From assembly GCF_009914755.1 (NCBI RefSeq), contig NC_060944.1: a DNA stretch of 64,000 nt; one strand, 5' to 3'. This document shows, piece after piece, positions 37,891 to 53,700 of the stretch. The translations under genes and the position numbers were made by a program. The first letter of the stretch is position 1; every line of letters begins with the position of its first letter. The DNA is from the human T2T-CHM13v2.0 reference genome, Homo sapiens. Below the pieces are notes generated by a model. The model was not told the origin of the DNA. It searched no databases and was given only the letters and a program-made list of their open reading frames with translations.

Positions 37891-38547
37891 AAGATAGACT
37901 CTTTCTATGCTTCTGACTGAGGGCAGTTTGGGCTCCCAAGTTGGAGAAGCATTGAGCCTGCCTATGTGGGTTGCAGAGCCAGGCAGAGCATTTGACATTT
38001 CCGGTTGGAGGGCCATGGCAGCCAGTATTTTATTCAAAACACTCAGAGTTTACAGTCAAAAACCCGTGAGTCTGAACAAATTCTTTAACTGGCAATTTCC
38101 TGCAAAGGGCTCTGCAGTTTGCACTATTTCAATCATGTGCTCAATCAAAAGGGTATTGGAGATGTAACTGTACATTATCACTATTGACATTTCCCAGCCT
38201 ACTCCACTTTGGTTAAAAAGAAAGTGTCCAAAGATGCCACTTAATAACTTTGGGTATCATGAAAATGTCACTTTGGCAAGCAGAAAAGTGGATTTACACA
38301 CCCACCAAAGGTGACCTGCTTAGAAAGAGACAGCAGGGATTGTTTCCTGGCCTCCAAAAGAGACAGTGCACCCAATGTCCCTGCAAGTTACCATTGCTCC
38401 AGGGGATGGAGGGAGGGAGAGGAAGAACAAAGGGCAGTGGCAGCCCAGGTGCTACTCAGCCCACTGGAGCAGGCTCGGGTGGACAGAAAGGCTTCTAGGG
38501 CTTCAGCAACAAAGCTGGGGTGGGGGTAGGGGTTGGGCGAAGAAAGG

Positions 38548-38929
38548 TGATATGGTTTGGCTCTGTGTCCCCACTCAAATCTCATCTCGAATGGTAATCC
38601 CCACATGTCGAGGGAGGGACCTGTTGGAAGGTGATTGCATAATGGGGGCAGTTTCCCCCTTGCTGTTCTCATGATAGTGAGTTCTCAAGAGATCTGATGG
38701 GTTTATAAGTGTTTGGCAGCTCCTCGTTTGTTCTCTCTCTCTCCTGCCATCCTGCCATCATGCCATCATGTAAGACGTGCCTTGATTCCCCTTCATCTTC
38801 TGCCATGATTGTAAGTTTCCTGAGGCCTCCCCAGCCATGCAGAACTGTGAGTCAATTAAACCTCTTTTCTTTATAAATTACCCTGTCTCTGGTAGTATGT
38901 TTATAGTAGCGTGAGAATGGTCTAATACA
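38548..38929 (+). mobile_element. THE1D-like MaLR solo LTR
   Basis: tgatatggtttggctctgtgtccccactcaaatctcatctcgaat...gagaatggtctaataca. Confidence 0.9.
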
Positions 38930-39401
38930 CAGGGAAAAAGGACCGACTGGTGCAAAGCTGATAAAATGACTGCATCCGGTTCTGGAGTCCCAGATGGGGG
39001 TAACACACACATAGAAAGACGCAGGAAGGTGGGTCCCAGCCAAGAGACCCGTCCCTTGGTCAAGGTGATGGGGGGCAGCAAGTGATCCTGTGGCCCGGTG
39101 AAAGCAAGGTCAAGGTTTTGGAAGGACCGTCAAGTGTTAGCAGAGCTACAGCTGGACAGAGAAGGAAGAAGAGGGACCATTTTCCCAGAGGAGAAGGCTG
39201 TGAAGAGCCAGCCAGGCAAAGTGGCAGGGCTCAGTTAAAAACCGGTAGAATGGCAGGCTGAGGCATGGCTGCAAAGACTGGGTTATCCCCTTCTCCACTT
39301 CCTGGGTTTCCATCTCAGCAACACGCACCAACCTCCACAATCTAGGTGGCAACCTCAAATCTTTCTGTAACCTCACTTCCCACAGTGCTTTGCACCTAAC
39401 C

Positions 39402-39584
39402 CAGGGGCAGACAAATATTTTCTGTAAAGGACCAGACAGTAAACATTTTAGGCTTTGCAGGCTCTGTTTATTGGAACATTCACTCTACTCAACTCTACCG
39501 TTGTAGCGTGAATGTTCCGAGAAAACTTACAACACTAGGCAGTGGGCCACATTTGATGCATAGAAAACTGCTTGCCAACCCCTG
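39402..39584. mobile_element. MER58A (hAT-Charlie MITE)
   Basis: TIRs cagggg...cccctg; ttttctgtaaaggaccagacagtaaacattttaggctttgcagg. Confidence 0.85.
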
Positions 39585-39589
39585 ATGTA

Positions 39590-40300
39590 ACAGATTGCCA
39601 AGGCCTGTCGATGTTACCTTCTAAAGATCTCCTGAACCTGCCCACTTTTCTCCAGCGCCCACACCCTCGCCACACTAGTCCAGCCACAATCTTCTGTTGC
39701 CTAGATGACCCCAGCAGCTCCCTCCCCGCCTGCCTCCTCCATTCTGCTTTCACTTTTGTCTCCTCTACCCAGCAGCCAGAGTGAGCATATAAAATGCAGT
39801 TCTGATCCTGTCACCTCTCTGCTTAAAACTCTTCAGAGGTTCACCATCGCTTCCAGAAAAAGATCAATACTCCTGACGTGGCAACCTGTCGAGACTCAGG
39901 ACCGCTAGGAAATCAGCTCTTGTTTACCCCTCTATCCATTACACTACGATCCAGCTGGGGTAAGTGCCTGTTGGAGCATCTGCATGAGTTCTCCCTCCTG
40001 GGCCTTTGTCCCTAGATAATCTGGCAGGGGCGCACTTTCTCTCCATTAACAATTCCACCCTTCCCTCTCCTCATTTTGACTCATCTCAGTTTAGGCATCA
40101 CTTCCTCTGAGCAATCCTCCCTGATGTCATGAGGCAGTGCTGAGTGCCTTCTCTGGACCCTCTGTTTACTTGCCTGTTAAATCCTGAACATCTGGAAGGG
40201 AGTCGTGTTCAGCAACATATCTACGCCTTGCAGCACGGTGCCTGGCCTGCAGCTGGTGTTCCGTAAACAGCTGCTGACTGACGGGATGCATCGGTGAGTC
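39590..40300 (+). mobile_element. L2 fragment
   Basis: tctgatcctgtcacctctctgcttaaaactcttcagagg; gcacggtgcctggc. Confidence 0.75.
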
Positions 40301-41638
40301 AATCAATTAACTCTCTCTCACAATAGGAGGATGAAGCTCAGAGAATATCCAATTGGCCATCCTTCCCCAGAGGCCAGAAAATGCTGTGGCTTGAGTTCCC
40401 TGGGGCTTTGCCTGCCCTGGTTGGGATGGCTTTCTGCCCCAGAGTTCTCTGGAACTTGCAAGTCTGGAGTTTTCTGACCCAGGAGTTATCTGTGTCAGAA
40501 AAAGAACCTGGCTTTCAGAATCTTCTGTGTATTATAAGGTGGACTAAGGTTTAGAAAGACACAAAGGAACTAATACGTTTACACATTTTCCTGGGTAAAA
40601 GCATAAGTAAATTCTCAATCATCTTTTCTTTAGTATGATTATTCATTTATTAATTTCTTCACTTATTTATTCATTCTACAAGTGTCCCCTGAGCTCCCAA
40701 GGGGTTTCTGCCCCTCAACTAGCTGCTTCATCCACAGAGATGGCTGGTACCCAATTCTTGCCTTACCGTCAGATGAGGAAGACAGTCCATTTTGATACAG
40801 TGTGGCAAATGCTATCATAAATGAATGGTCAGGGACAATGTCAGGGAGTAAAATGAGGGAGAGTAAAAATGACAATAAAGTACACAAGAAAGTTCAGGTC
40901 AAGCAGTATTTTAGAAACAAGTAGACTTAACAAGCTGAAAAGAAAACAGGCCATTACCAAGGAAGAGTATATAGAGGCAGTTAAAAATAAAAGTAGATAG
41001 GTCAGGTTAATGTCAACAATCGCTATAACAGAACAGTAAAGAAACATCAGGCTCTTTACAAAATTGGATCACAGAAGCATAATATGGTTTGCAAGGAAAT
41101 CAACTAGCATTAAAAAGATTCACTCCCCCAAAATGGCCATGCAGGTGCCAGTTTTGGCCACACCTCTGCACAAGGCGGATGAGCAAACCTGGTGGGAGGG
41201 ATACATCGCAGAAGCCAGCATGAAAGGACCACCAGGCTGTGCTGCAGGCTCTTCCAAGGGAGGGGCTAAGGGGACACAGACGGAGACCCAGGCATGCAGG
41301 TTTGAGAACACTGGAAGGAGTGAAACCTGTTGTTTCTCTCCTGACCTGGATGCAACAGAGTAAATAAGATGATACTGCAGACTGGGGATGTTTAGCTCCT
41401 CTCTTAATGAAACTGCTTCAAAGAGGTCGGGGGAGTATTCCCTTGGCAGTGATTGTGGTTAAACTGGGCTAACGGTGACTGCCTAGACTGCTTTCTCCAT
41501 CTAGTTCGGCCACCACAGAGGGTCAGGGCTACCCAGACTACCGGCCAGGGAGGAAGGAGATCAACAGCACGGAGATGTGTGTGTCTCAAATTAAAAATGG
41601 TCTGGCCAGATGCAGGCACTGGCATGCTCAGGGAGAAG

Positions 41639-41681
41639 CAGTCTAACCAAACAAGAGAAAAACCTTCAGACCTGAGCAAGG

Positions 41682-41715
<34 letters not shown>

Positions 41716-41767
41716 AGGCATACCCAGTCTAACCAAACAAGAGAAAAACCTTCAGACCTGAGCGAGG

Positions 41768-41814
<47 letters not shown>

Positions 41815-41822
41815 GGCATACC
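41639..41822. repeat. Two-copy tandem duplication, each unit containing a (TG)n microsatellite
   Basis: cagtctaaccaaacaagagaaaaaccttcagacctgagc(a/g)aggc-(TG)15 or (TG)21-ta(c/t)aggcatacc. Confidence 0.95.
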
Positions 41823-42735
41823 CACATGTGTGTGAATTCCCATTAGGAGGTGGGACGCTAGCAAACTGGAAGGCAGAGCCCATCTGACCCTGAGATCCTC
41901 ACACTCATGCAACCTTAATGCCAAGACAAACTGAATGGTTGATTGTGTCAACTCTCTTGTTTTAGGGATGGGAAAACAGGCCCAGAGTGGGAAAAGGAGT
42001 TACCTCGAGTCAACCAGGAGAGTCTACGAGTTGAGATTAGGATTGATCCCTGGCCTTTCTGGAAGCACACTAACCAGGGATTCACTCCTTTTGCTTCCAG
42101 GACACACTCTATTATTTAATCCTCATCTCAATCTCCCAGTGCAGGGTAAATGGAGAAAATTATCTCCATGTTAAGAGTATAAAAGCTGAGGCTCAGAGAC
42201 AGTAAGTATTTTTCTGAGGGTCACAGAACTAATCATGGTGCAGATGTGATTGCAATGAAGGCCTGTTTAACTCCAAAGCCTTTCCACTGTCTCATGTTGT
42301 CTAATAGATAGCCAGCAAATGTTTCAAACTTAACATGTTTGAAACTGAACTGCTGATCTTCCCCAATAAACCTGCTCCATCGACATTCTTCCCCATCTCA
42401 CTTGGCAGCAATCTCATCCTTCCAGTTGCCCAGGCCTAGACTCCTCTCTTTTTCTCACTTCCACTACCAATCCACCAGCAAATCTGTTGGCTGGATCTTA
42501 AAATATATCCAGAATCAAACCATTTCAACCAGCTCTCCCCTTGCAGATGTCACCATCTGCCCTATCTTGGATCTGCAATCGCCTCCTACAGTCTATTCTC
42601 AGCTCTGTAGCTGGAGTGATCTTCTTCTTATGCAAGCAACTCATCTTACTCTCTGTTCAGAACCCTGCAACAGCTTCCCATTTCATGCAGAGCCAAAGCC
42701 TAAGCCCTTACAATGGCCTTTGAGTCTTGCAAGTT

Positions 42736-44894
<2,159 letters not shown>

Positions 44895-46293
44895 TCAGCT
44901 CTAGGCCCCCTAGCTTCCTTGCTGTTCTTTGAACATTACAAGCATGCTCCTGCCTCAGGGCCTTTGCAATGGCTGGCCGTATACTAGAAAGTCTTCCCTC
45001 CTCCCTTCTTCCTCCACCCTTCATGATCCACGCGACTAAATCTCTCTCATCTCTTTCAAGTCTTTGTCAATATATCACTTCCTCAATGAGGCCTACTCTT
45101 TAAAATTATTAACCACTTCTACTGCAAGAATTTCCAATCTGCATTCTCTCTGCTGCGTTTTCTCTTACTACCTTTTAGCATACCATGAACTCTACTCATT
45201 TATTATGCTAATTGGTTATTTTCTGTCTCCCACATGAAAATGTAAGCACCATGACGGAAACGATTTGTTTCTTTTGTTTATTGGTGCATCCAAACCTAGT
45301 AAGCAGCTGACACATGGCAGGTGCTCAATGAATATCTATTGAATTGCACTATCTCTCTAATTGGTGGCTGCATAAAAAAAAAAAAAAGGCTTAAACTCAC
45401 AGGAGAGGAAATTTTTCTAAGTCACAAAGTCATTTTTTTAAACATTACTCCATCCCTAAGTCTTCCACAGAGGGAGCTGAATGTGTAATTTTGACAAATG
45501 AGTTTGCATAGAGAAGGAAATAAAACATGGAATGAGACTATGAAAGGAGTTCTTGGGAAGAGAAAATTGCATTGCCTTTAAGTAGGAAAAGGAAAGTAAT
45601 ATTTAAAAGCAAAGATGTTTAAAACATCGCAATTGTAGGTAGAAATAACTCAGAGGTTGAAGGGGGAGGGTGCTGCAAGATGCAGTGGAATTCTTTCTTA
45701 TCTGGGCTCCTGCCTAAAGCATTACTGGGCAATTGACAGGCCAAATCAATAAGCAACTTAAATTCTGGTCTAAAGGAATAACTGAAATGAATGCACAACA
45801 GCACAGGGAAACAAATCGGCACTTGGAACAAAAAAGGGGCTGGAATGCTGGCTTTGACTGGCTTGTTCACCCCAGTGAAACCAGCACTCCAGGTTACTTG
45901 CTAAGTGCTGTGATGATTATAATAATGGTGGCTTTGTGGGGAGAGTATCAGCGCAGCCCTCTTTCCCTCCTGGGTCCCAGTAGATGGATCTGAATCTGGT
46001 CTGTTCTGTGGAGAGAAGAGAGGAGGGAAGCACCTGTCTTGGTCTTGTCTGCAGGCTCCCTTTCCTGGGGTGTGAAGGAGCTCCTGCAGGCTTGGTGTGG
46101 AGGGCTGGTCCCAAAGGCAAGGCCTGGGGTGGAGGCCCCTGGGGAGAAGAGAATGAACCTCAAACTCAGGGTTGGCCAGACGAAGCTCTGAGGCTAGAGG
46201 TGGAATCACAGGCTGGAACACACTGTCCAGAATTCAGATGGACAGAGACAGGATCACAGCAGGTCACCAACGAACTGGAAAAATCCAAGCCAC

Positions 46294-46492
46294 CTGGGCT
46301 GCCACCTATAGTTGTGCACAAAACCACAGGTCAAGGGGGTGAGTCCGCCTGAAATTAAATTAGCCTAGGGGCCACTATCCCTCACGTGGGTTGAGCCAGT
46401 TCAGAGGGAGGGACATCTTTTTGCAATCTGTTCACAAAAAGAGGTTACCTTTTCAAAATTTGCACAGAGACTCCCCAAACTCTGGCAACTGT
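46294..46492. mobile_element. MER91-like hAT MITE
   Basis: gggctgccacctatagttgtgcac...aatttgcacagag resembles MER91 ends. Confidence 0.5.
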
Positions 46493-47328
46493 GGTTATCT
46501 GTGATCACCCTTTAGTGGTTTGTTTTGTAGAGTCAGGCATGCTCTGGTCAAGAGAAGCTGCAGGAACTGGAAGAAATTAACTCTGATCTTCTCAGAGCTC
46601 GCCCAAAAAACTGGACCTATAGAGAAACCTATGGAACATTTCAGGCTTCCTTTTCCCAATCCAAATTTGAGCTACAGATTTGAGCCCCAAATTAATCCCC
46701 AAATGGTTCTCCTACTGATTCGTTCATTTCGTTCATCCAGGTATTCACAGGGTTACTAAGAAGTGCTTGTCCTCGGTCAGGCCAGGAAAGAGAGATGACA
46801 GACTTGGTCCCATCGGCAAACTCTTTACAGACAAAAAATCCACCTCACTCATCTCTACAGCTCCAGGGCTCAGCACAGGGGCTGGCACATGAAGGCTCCC
46901 TTTCCTTACCTTTTCCTGGCACATGCAAATATATGTTTTTTGAGTATATAAATCAATGAATGATGAGAATATCTTGCAACTCCTTCAAACCGACAGGTCC
47001 ACAGAGATGATCTTGCTCCTGACCTTGACAACAGAAATACATTCTTAGAGACTCTGTAGTCCTAAATAGAACTTTGGGGAATCCTTTTAAAAATCAAACG
47101 CATACTTGGTAGGGGAACTGACAATGGCAACCAGTTGCTCAGAGTTATTTGCTCAAAGGCCTACCTGCCTCCTAAGCCTCACTGTTCTTCATCAACTGTC
47201 AGGGGTTAAACTTTCAAGAGCTACTCCCAAAAGAGCTGCAGGAAAATTCTGTCTAAACAGCCATGCAAAAGTGTCTGGGGATCACTACGGACAGAGGATG
47301 ATGACAGAGGGCCCATGACATTGGGCCT

Positions 47329-47381
47329 TGTCATGGCTGAACACTGACCTTCCACTGTCATGGCTGAACACTGACCTTCCA
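47329..47381. repeat. 27-bp tandem duplication
   Basis: tgtcatggctgaacactgaccttcca(c/g) x2. Confidence 0.95.
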
Positions 47382-47553
47382 GTGCCTACAGCTTTTAAAA
47401 AGAGTAAAAACTATGTTCATGGGTACACAAATACAAACATGCACTCCCCCACACACACACATACATGGACACACACAGAGGCATATCATGCATTATCTTC
47501 TCTCATTCATCGATATTCTCAAATGGCTTATTACACAGATTTACATTCACAAA

Positions 47554-47601
47554 TATTCTATTATGTAAATGTAAATCTATTCTATTATGTGAATGTAAAC
47601 C
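47554..47601. repeat. 24-bp tandem duplication
   Basis: tattctattatgt(a/g)aatgtaaa(t/c)c x2. Confidence 0.9.
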
Positions 47602-47722
47602 TATATAATATATTTAGCCATTTTCTCAGTTGGATATTTTGGTTATTTCTATGTTGTCACAATTTTAAATCACATTGAAATAAACTAGGCCCCTTTGACT
47701 CCTTTCTTTCTCTCTTACTCCA

Positions 47723-48066
47723 TGTGGTAGACTAAATGTGGCTGCTAAGTTTATTTCTCCCACTATGTCTTCCAGCCAATTCTAGATTTGAGTCAATTCT
47801 AGAGACCACCATGGTGGAGAGTGCATATGCAGGCACGCCAGTTAACTGATCTGGCTGAGCCCAGCCCTCCAGCCATCCCTGCCAAGGTGTCAATGTGAGT
47901 GAAACCATCTTGAACTCTGCATATTAACTTATTCTCCAGCTGAATATCACCAAGAGACCTGTCTTCTGATGCTACATGGAGTGGAACAATCTCCCAGCTG
48001 AGCTCTGTCCACATTCCTGACCACAAAATCATGAGATATTAAATAAAATGGCTGTTGTTTTAAGCA
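47723..48066 (+). mobile_element. MLT1F/G/H-like LTR (internally deleted)
   Basis: tgtggtagactaaa...ccagccatccctgccaaggtg...ttcctgaccacaaaatcatgaga...ttgttttaagc. Confidence 0.75.
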
Positions 48067-48069
48067 TCA

Positions 48070-48665
48070 ACCAGTCTTCTCAATGCTGCCACAATCCTCA
48101 CAATGGCCCATAAATCTCTACGTGATCTCCCACTATTCTCTTTGATCTCATCTTTGGCCTTCCCATGGCTGAACCTGCTCCAGCCCCACGGGCCTCCCTG
48201 TTCCTCCCTGAACATACCAAACATGGTCCTCCCACCTCACGGCATTTGCACTTCCTTTCCCCTCTGTGAGGATAATCCTCCCCCAGATGTCAGCACGGCA
48301 TGGTCCCTGGCTTCATGCAGGCCTTTGCATACATTTCAGTCAATCAGAGAGGTCTTCTCTGATATCTTACCTAAAACCGGAGTCCTTTTCTTCCACCTCA
48401 GCCCCCTGGAGAGCCAGGGAACACCTCTCTCTCCTTATCATGCTTTATTTTTCTTCATACCACTTTCACAATATTAATATTTATATGTTTATTGTCTATT
48501 TAGACCTCCTCTCCTCCCCACAAATAAATGCACATTCTTTAGTACGAATTCTCCGCAAACAGAAACGTTGTCTGCTTTTATCATTGCTGTATTCCCAGGA
48601 CCTAAAACAGTGTCCTGGGTGTAGGACTGATCAATAAATATTTGTAAATGAATGAATGAATTAAT
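48070..48665 (+). mobile_element. L2 3' portion
   Basis: ctcacggcatttgcactt...caataaatatttgtaaatgaatgaatgaa. Confidence 0.8.
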
Positions 48666-51269
48666 TAGCACACGTTCTTGGATAGAAATCTCTCTATTCA
48701 TTTCTAATTATTCCTCAAAATAAGTTCCTATGAGTTAAGTTGTGGAGGTGTAGGAATAACACATTTCAAAATCTTTTAGCACATATTGGCTAAAATTCCC
48801 TACAGACAGGCTGCACTGGTGCTTACCCATCCTGCTAGGGATGTGTAAGAGTGCTAATTTCCTTGCATCATCACCAATATAGGATAAAGTCACTCAAAAA
48901 TATTTGCTACGTGGATACATGGAAAAAAATGGTTACCCTTTATTTTAACTTAACTTTCTTGATCCTGTGTGAACTGAACTCCTTGTTCCACGTGCTTATT
49001 GGCCACTACAAAGTAAGTTCCTTGACAGCAGGGGTTTAGATTTGCTCACTGCTATCCCAGCATCCCAGATAGAGTCTAGGATATAAGAGATACATGATAA
49101 ATATTTGTAGAAAGAATGAATTAATATAGATGTTTTCTTTTGTTATTGAAAGGCTATTGACTCATGTGTCCTCTGAGAAGTCTGTCTCTTTTTTCTTACT
49201 GACTTGAAATAACTCCATGCATATAGAATATTTTACTGTCATCTAGGTTGAATTTTTAATGTGTCATTTGCACTCTATTTTGTATATGCTATTTTTTGAC
49301 ATTCAGAAATTCTAGCATTTTATGTAGTTACATCTATCATTTTATTTTAGTTCCTCTATTTGGTACCATGTTTAGCTACAGTCATAATAGTTAACACTGT
49401 ATAGCACTTCCCACATGCCAGGCACTTTTCTGAGGATTTTACATACATTGTTTATTAAATTCCTACAGCAATCCTATAAGGTAGACACTATCATTATCTA
49501 ATCATATAAAGAAACTGAGGCAATGAGCTATGAAATCAATCATCTCCTGTACAAGATTTTATATAAATTTACCTGTAGATTGCTTTATGATTTCAGTTTT
49601 TATATTTGTGATTATTATGTAATAATAGAAATCTATTGGGTTACTCCATGGAGAAGTGAGGGTCTAATTATTTTTTCCCAATTAATTGTCAAGTGCTCCA
49701 ACACAGTTTATTGTAACAATATGTAACATGTCTGTAACATATTGACATATATATATGTATGAATAGACATATGTATACATACATACAAACATATGTACAT
49801 GAACACAATCACACACTATATAGCATTTGCTGGTATTCTTACTCAGCTCACTTGTACTGTCGGTCCTTTTTAGTTGTTTAGTAATTTTTGTGGTGTGTTC
49901 AGTGAATCAAATTTATAAAATAGAAATATAAAGAAGAAACATAAAAGGATTACCAGCGATTCCCTACAAATCCTGATTAAAGGCACGTTCAATGTTGTTC
50001 TCATGAAATATGCACCTGTCAAATAAAAACATAAGCGCCTCCAAATTGCATTATAAATGCACAATACTTTTTGGAAACAGTTTGCTTCAGAACTTTGGCA
50101 GCCACAATAATAACACACACAAGCCTGTTTCACCCCAAAGGAAATATCTACAATACAAGGATGTTTAGCTCCATCATTTTTCACTGCTTTGGGTTTCTTG
50201 CAAAACCATTTTGATTTCAGTTGAAACTAATGACAGCAAGCAGTTTATGGTCAGGTTCACAAAGTACATTTCTACCCCTGCTGTGGGGAAGGGATCACAA
50301 GAAAATAGCTTCCAGTAGGTTACGACTCATCTAGCTCCCAAAGTGGGGACTCCTCCACCAGAGCCTGCATTTTCCACTTTTTGCCACACTCAGAGAAGGA
50401 CTTCGACCTCAACATGTGATCCAGATAAAGAGCATCCTCCTACACAACCTCAAGGTAATAATAACATTTTATTGGTATCTTGTACATCCGTTGGCATTGG
50501 CATTTATATTTTTATTCCTATATCTTCTTATGTCAAAGAGAGCATGCTATACATCCTGTTCCCACCTTGCTTTTCTCTTAATGATTTATTTGAAAATGGT
50601 TTGTCATTCATTTCTACAGCTGAATAATAGTTTGCTGGATGGCTATACCCCATGTATATAACCCGAGACAGGGTGACCTTTTGTGGCCCACTGCCTGGCA
50701 CTTGGCTTGGTCTAACAAACAGAACCTTCATGCACCAAGCTGGTCATGCCACCAAGTCAGCGCAGTCATTGGGAGTGAGTGGTATGTGAGTCCTGGCTCC
50801 CTGAATGCCCTGATGGACCCCATGGTCCAGCCACACTGGCTGGGTCCCTGTAAGCTTAGCCTACCTTGCCTGAGAGCCAAGGAAATCCCATCTTCTGCCT
50901 CACCATCCTCAACCACATTTCAGCACCAATGCAAGATCCAGTACAGCTGCTGGAATCCTTGTTTCATCCAGGGTGGACATGGCAGAGGAGTCAGCAACCA
51001 TTTTGTGCCCCAGTGTTCTTCAGATAAGTTCCCACTCATGACAAACTCTAGCCCATACTGCAACTGAGGTCCCAAACATGCAATTGCATTGTTTCCCACG
51101 GTGGGCTGGGTCACTTGCTACTGCAACAAGGCAGAGGAAGGACAGCATCCCAGCATTTACAGACACATTGCCCAGCATGGGGTCTGGCTCTGCCAGAATC
51201 CACCGAAAGGTATGAGCCCTTTATGAACTAGCTGCACTCTGCCCTTTGGTCATAAGATAAACTCATATC

Positions 51270-51525
51270 TTGACCCAAGGCAGAGCCCTGACATCAGCAT
51301 CAGATCAAACTTTTGTCTCACCACAGAGCAAGCCCTGACCCTGGTCAGACTCAACTCTGACCCTTGCACGGCCTGAGCCCTGACTTGGGCCACGGACTGC
51401 AACCCGACCCTCAGACTCACGCTGAGTCATGACCCAGATCACAGACACAGCTCCAAGCCCCAGACTTATCCTGAGCCCTAACCCTGGGCCCAGACTCAGC
51501 CCTCACCTTGGCTGTGACTGAGCCC
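51270..51525. repeat. Degenerate ~24-bp-period minisatellite (cagactcagccctgaccctgg-like)
   Basis: About 9 diverged units visible by eye. Confidence 0.65.
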
Positions 51526-51671
51526 AGCTGGCTATCTTCAAATGCGGTCACACAGGAGGTACTTGGCACAGTAGGCAGATGGCTCTGTGTGAGCCCTGCC
51601 TCGGCTCTGGATGGTGCTTATGATCTACTGCCTATCACGAGCATCTAGTATCTTGCCATGGGGAAGAAATC

Positions 51672-51860
51672 TCAGTCCCACAGACCTGAGTTCAAATTCT
51701 GCCACTGTTTAGCTGGGTGACTTTGGGCAAATTACTTCTAGTCCATCAAATTAGATGCCTTCTGAAGAAACCATTTATAAAATGGGCACAAAATACCTGC
51801 TGTCATGATGGTCATGATTAAATTATATGATTGTAAAGTACCCAGCTCACAGTAGATAGA
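51672..51860 (+). mobile_element. MIR
   Basis: agacctgagttcaaattctgccactgtttagctgggtgactttgggcaaattactt. Confidence 0.8.
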
Positions 51861-51928
51861 GTTCATCCCTTTCCCCAGTAGGCATCTTGTCAGCTGCAGC
51901 TGAATTATTGGTATAGGAACAAGCCCTC

Positions 51929-52567
<639 letters not shown>

Positions 52568-52639
52568 GGTCCAGAGGTCTGGGAAGAGCAGTTCATGGGT
52601 AATAAAGACAGTTAAAACAGAAACAAGAGCAACAGTAAA

Positions 52640-52855
52640 ATTAATACCTAACTAAGTGTTTATTGTGTGCTGGGCACGGCACTAAACACTTAAGTCCTCA
52701 CAGCAACCTCTGAAGGTAGGCCCTACTACTGTCCCCATTATTGAGATGGCACAACTGAGGCACCAAGACGTAAAGTTATATGGTCCAAGGTAAAGAGCCA
52801 GTAAAAGGCAGAAATAGGATTTGAGTCCACAACACCTGGATCCAGAACCTATGTC
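52640..52855 (-). mobile_element. MIR
   Basis: aagtcctcacagcaacctctgaaggtagg...aactgaggcac...ggatttgagtcc. Confidence 0.8.
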
Positions 52856-53700
52856 CTAGAGGAAATGACACATTCATTAAAGGCTGCCTCAGTAAAGTGC
52901 TTCCTACAAATGAGTCACCCACAGGGAAGAAACATGCCCTGGATCAATTAAATGCTGTCATTGAGACATGGGCAGCAGCGAACCCCACTCTCCAAGCTCT
53001 TACCTACCCACATTGCTAGGCACTTCACTGCCCATCAGACTGGTTGGCACTCAACAGGGTCTTTATGGAGGTGGGGGAGTTCTCTCATTTAATCTTGTGC
53101 ATTTCTCAGACATATGCCAAGTTATCTTTATCTGGAGAATCAAAGAGGACAGCTCCTTCAAACCTTTTTAGCTTTCTCCATTAGCAAGAGGTACCTCTGA
53201 GAGCAAAAATGATAAACTCAATTGTTCAAAAAGCAAGTTCCGTTCTTCAATTTGTGTGCCAGTCATAAACACAGCAACTTCCATTTGAGCAGAAATCCCA
53301 CATTTCAGCAGAAATACTTAATGTGTCATTTCTCCTGCATCCATCTTCTTCAAAGCACTTACTTTAGAAAGTAGAGAAGGAAAAACAAACTCTAATAACC
53401 TGTACTTTGAATGGGAGATGGGAACTTTATGATAAAGAACTCAAAATGCTTTATTGACATGGCTGCACACATCCCCCTTCAGCTCCTGAAACTGCTCCTG
53501 AGATGAGAAAACTTTCCTAGGAGCCTTGCAACTCGACTTCACACCCAGCTAGGCTCTGGGGGTAGGATGCACACTCACTCCAGCTCCTGATCTGTTTTGA
53601 TCAGCCAGAAGTCCTAGTTCAAGTCTAAACCCAGAATATAACCATCTTTTTTATCTTAAATCATGCATTTACAAATATCTGGCAAATACATATTGAGCAC

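Noticed and set aside
41639-41822. CRISPR-like repeat-spacer array
   Set aside because: Only two units, the apparent spacer is a TG microsatellite, and the context is eukaryotic
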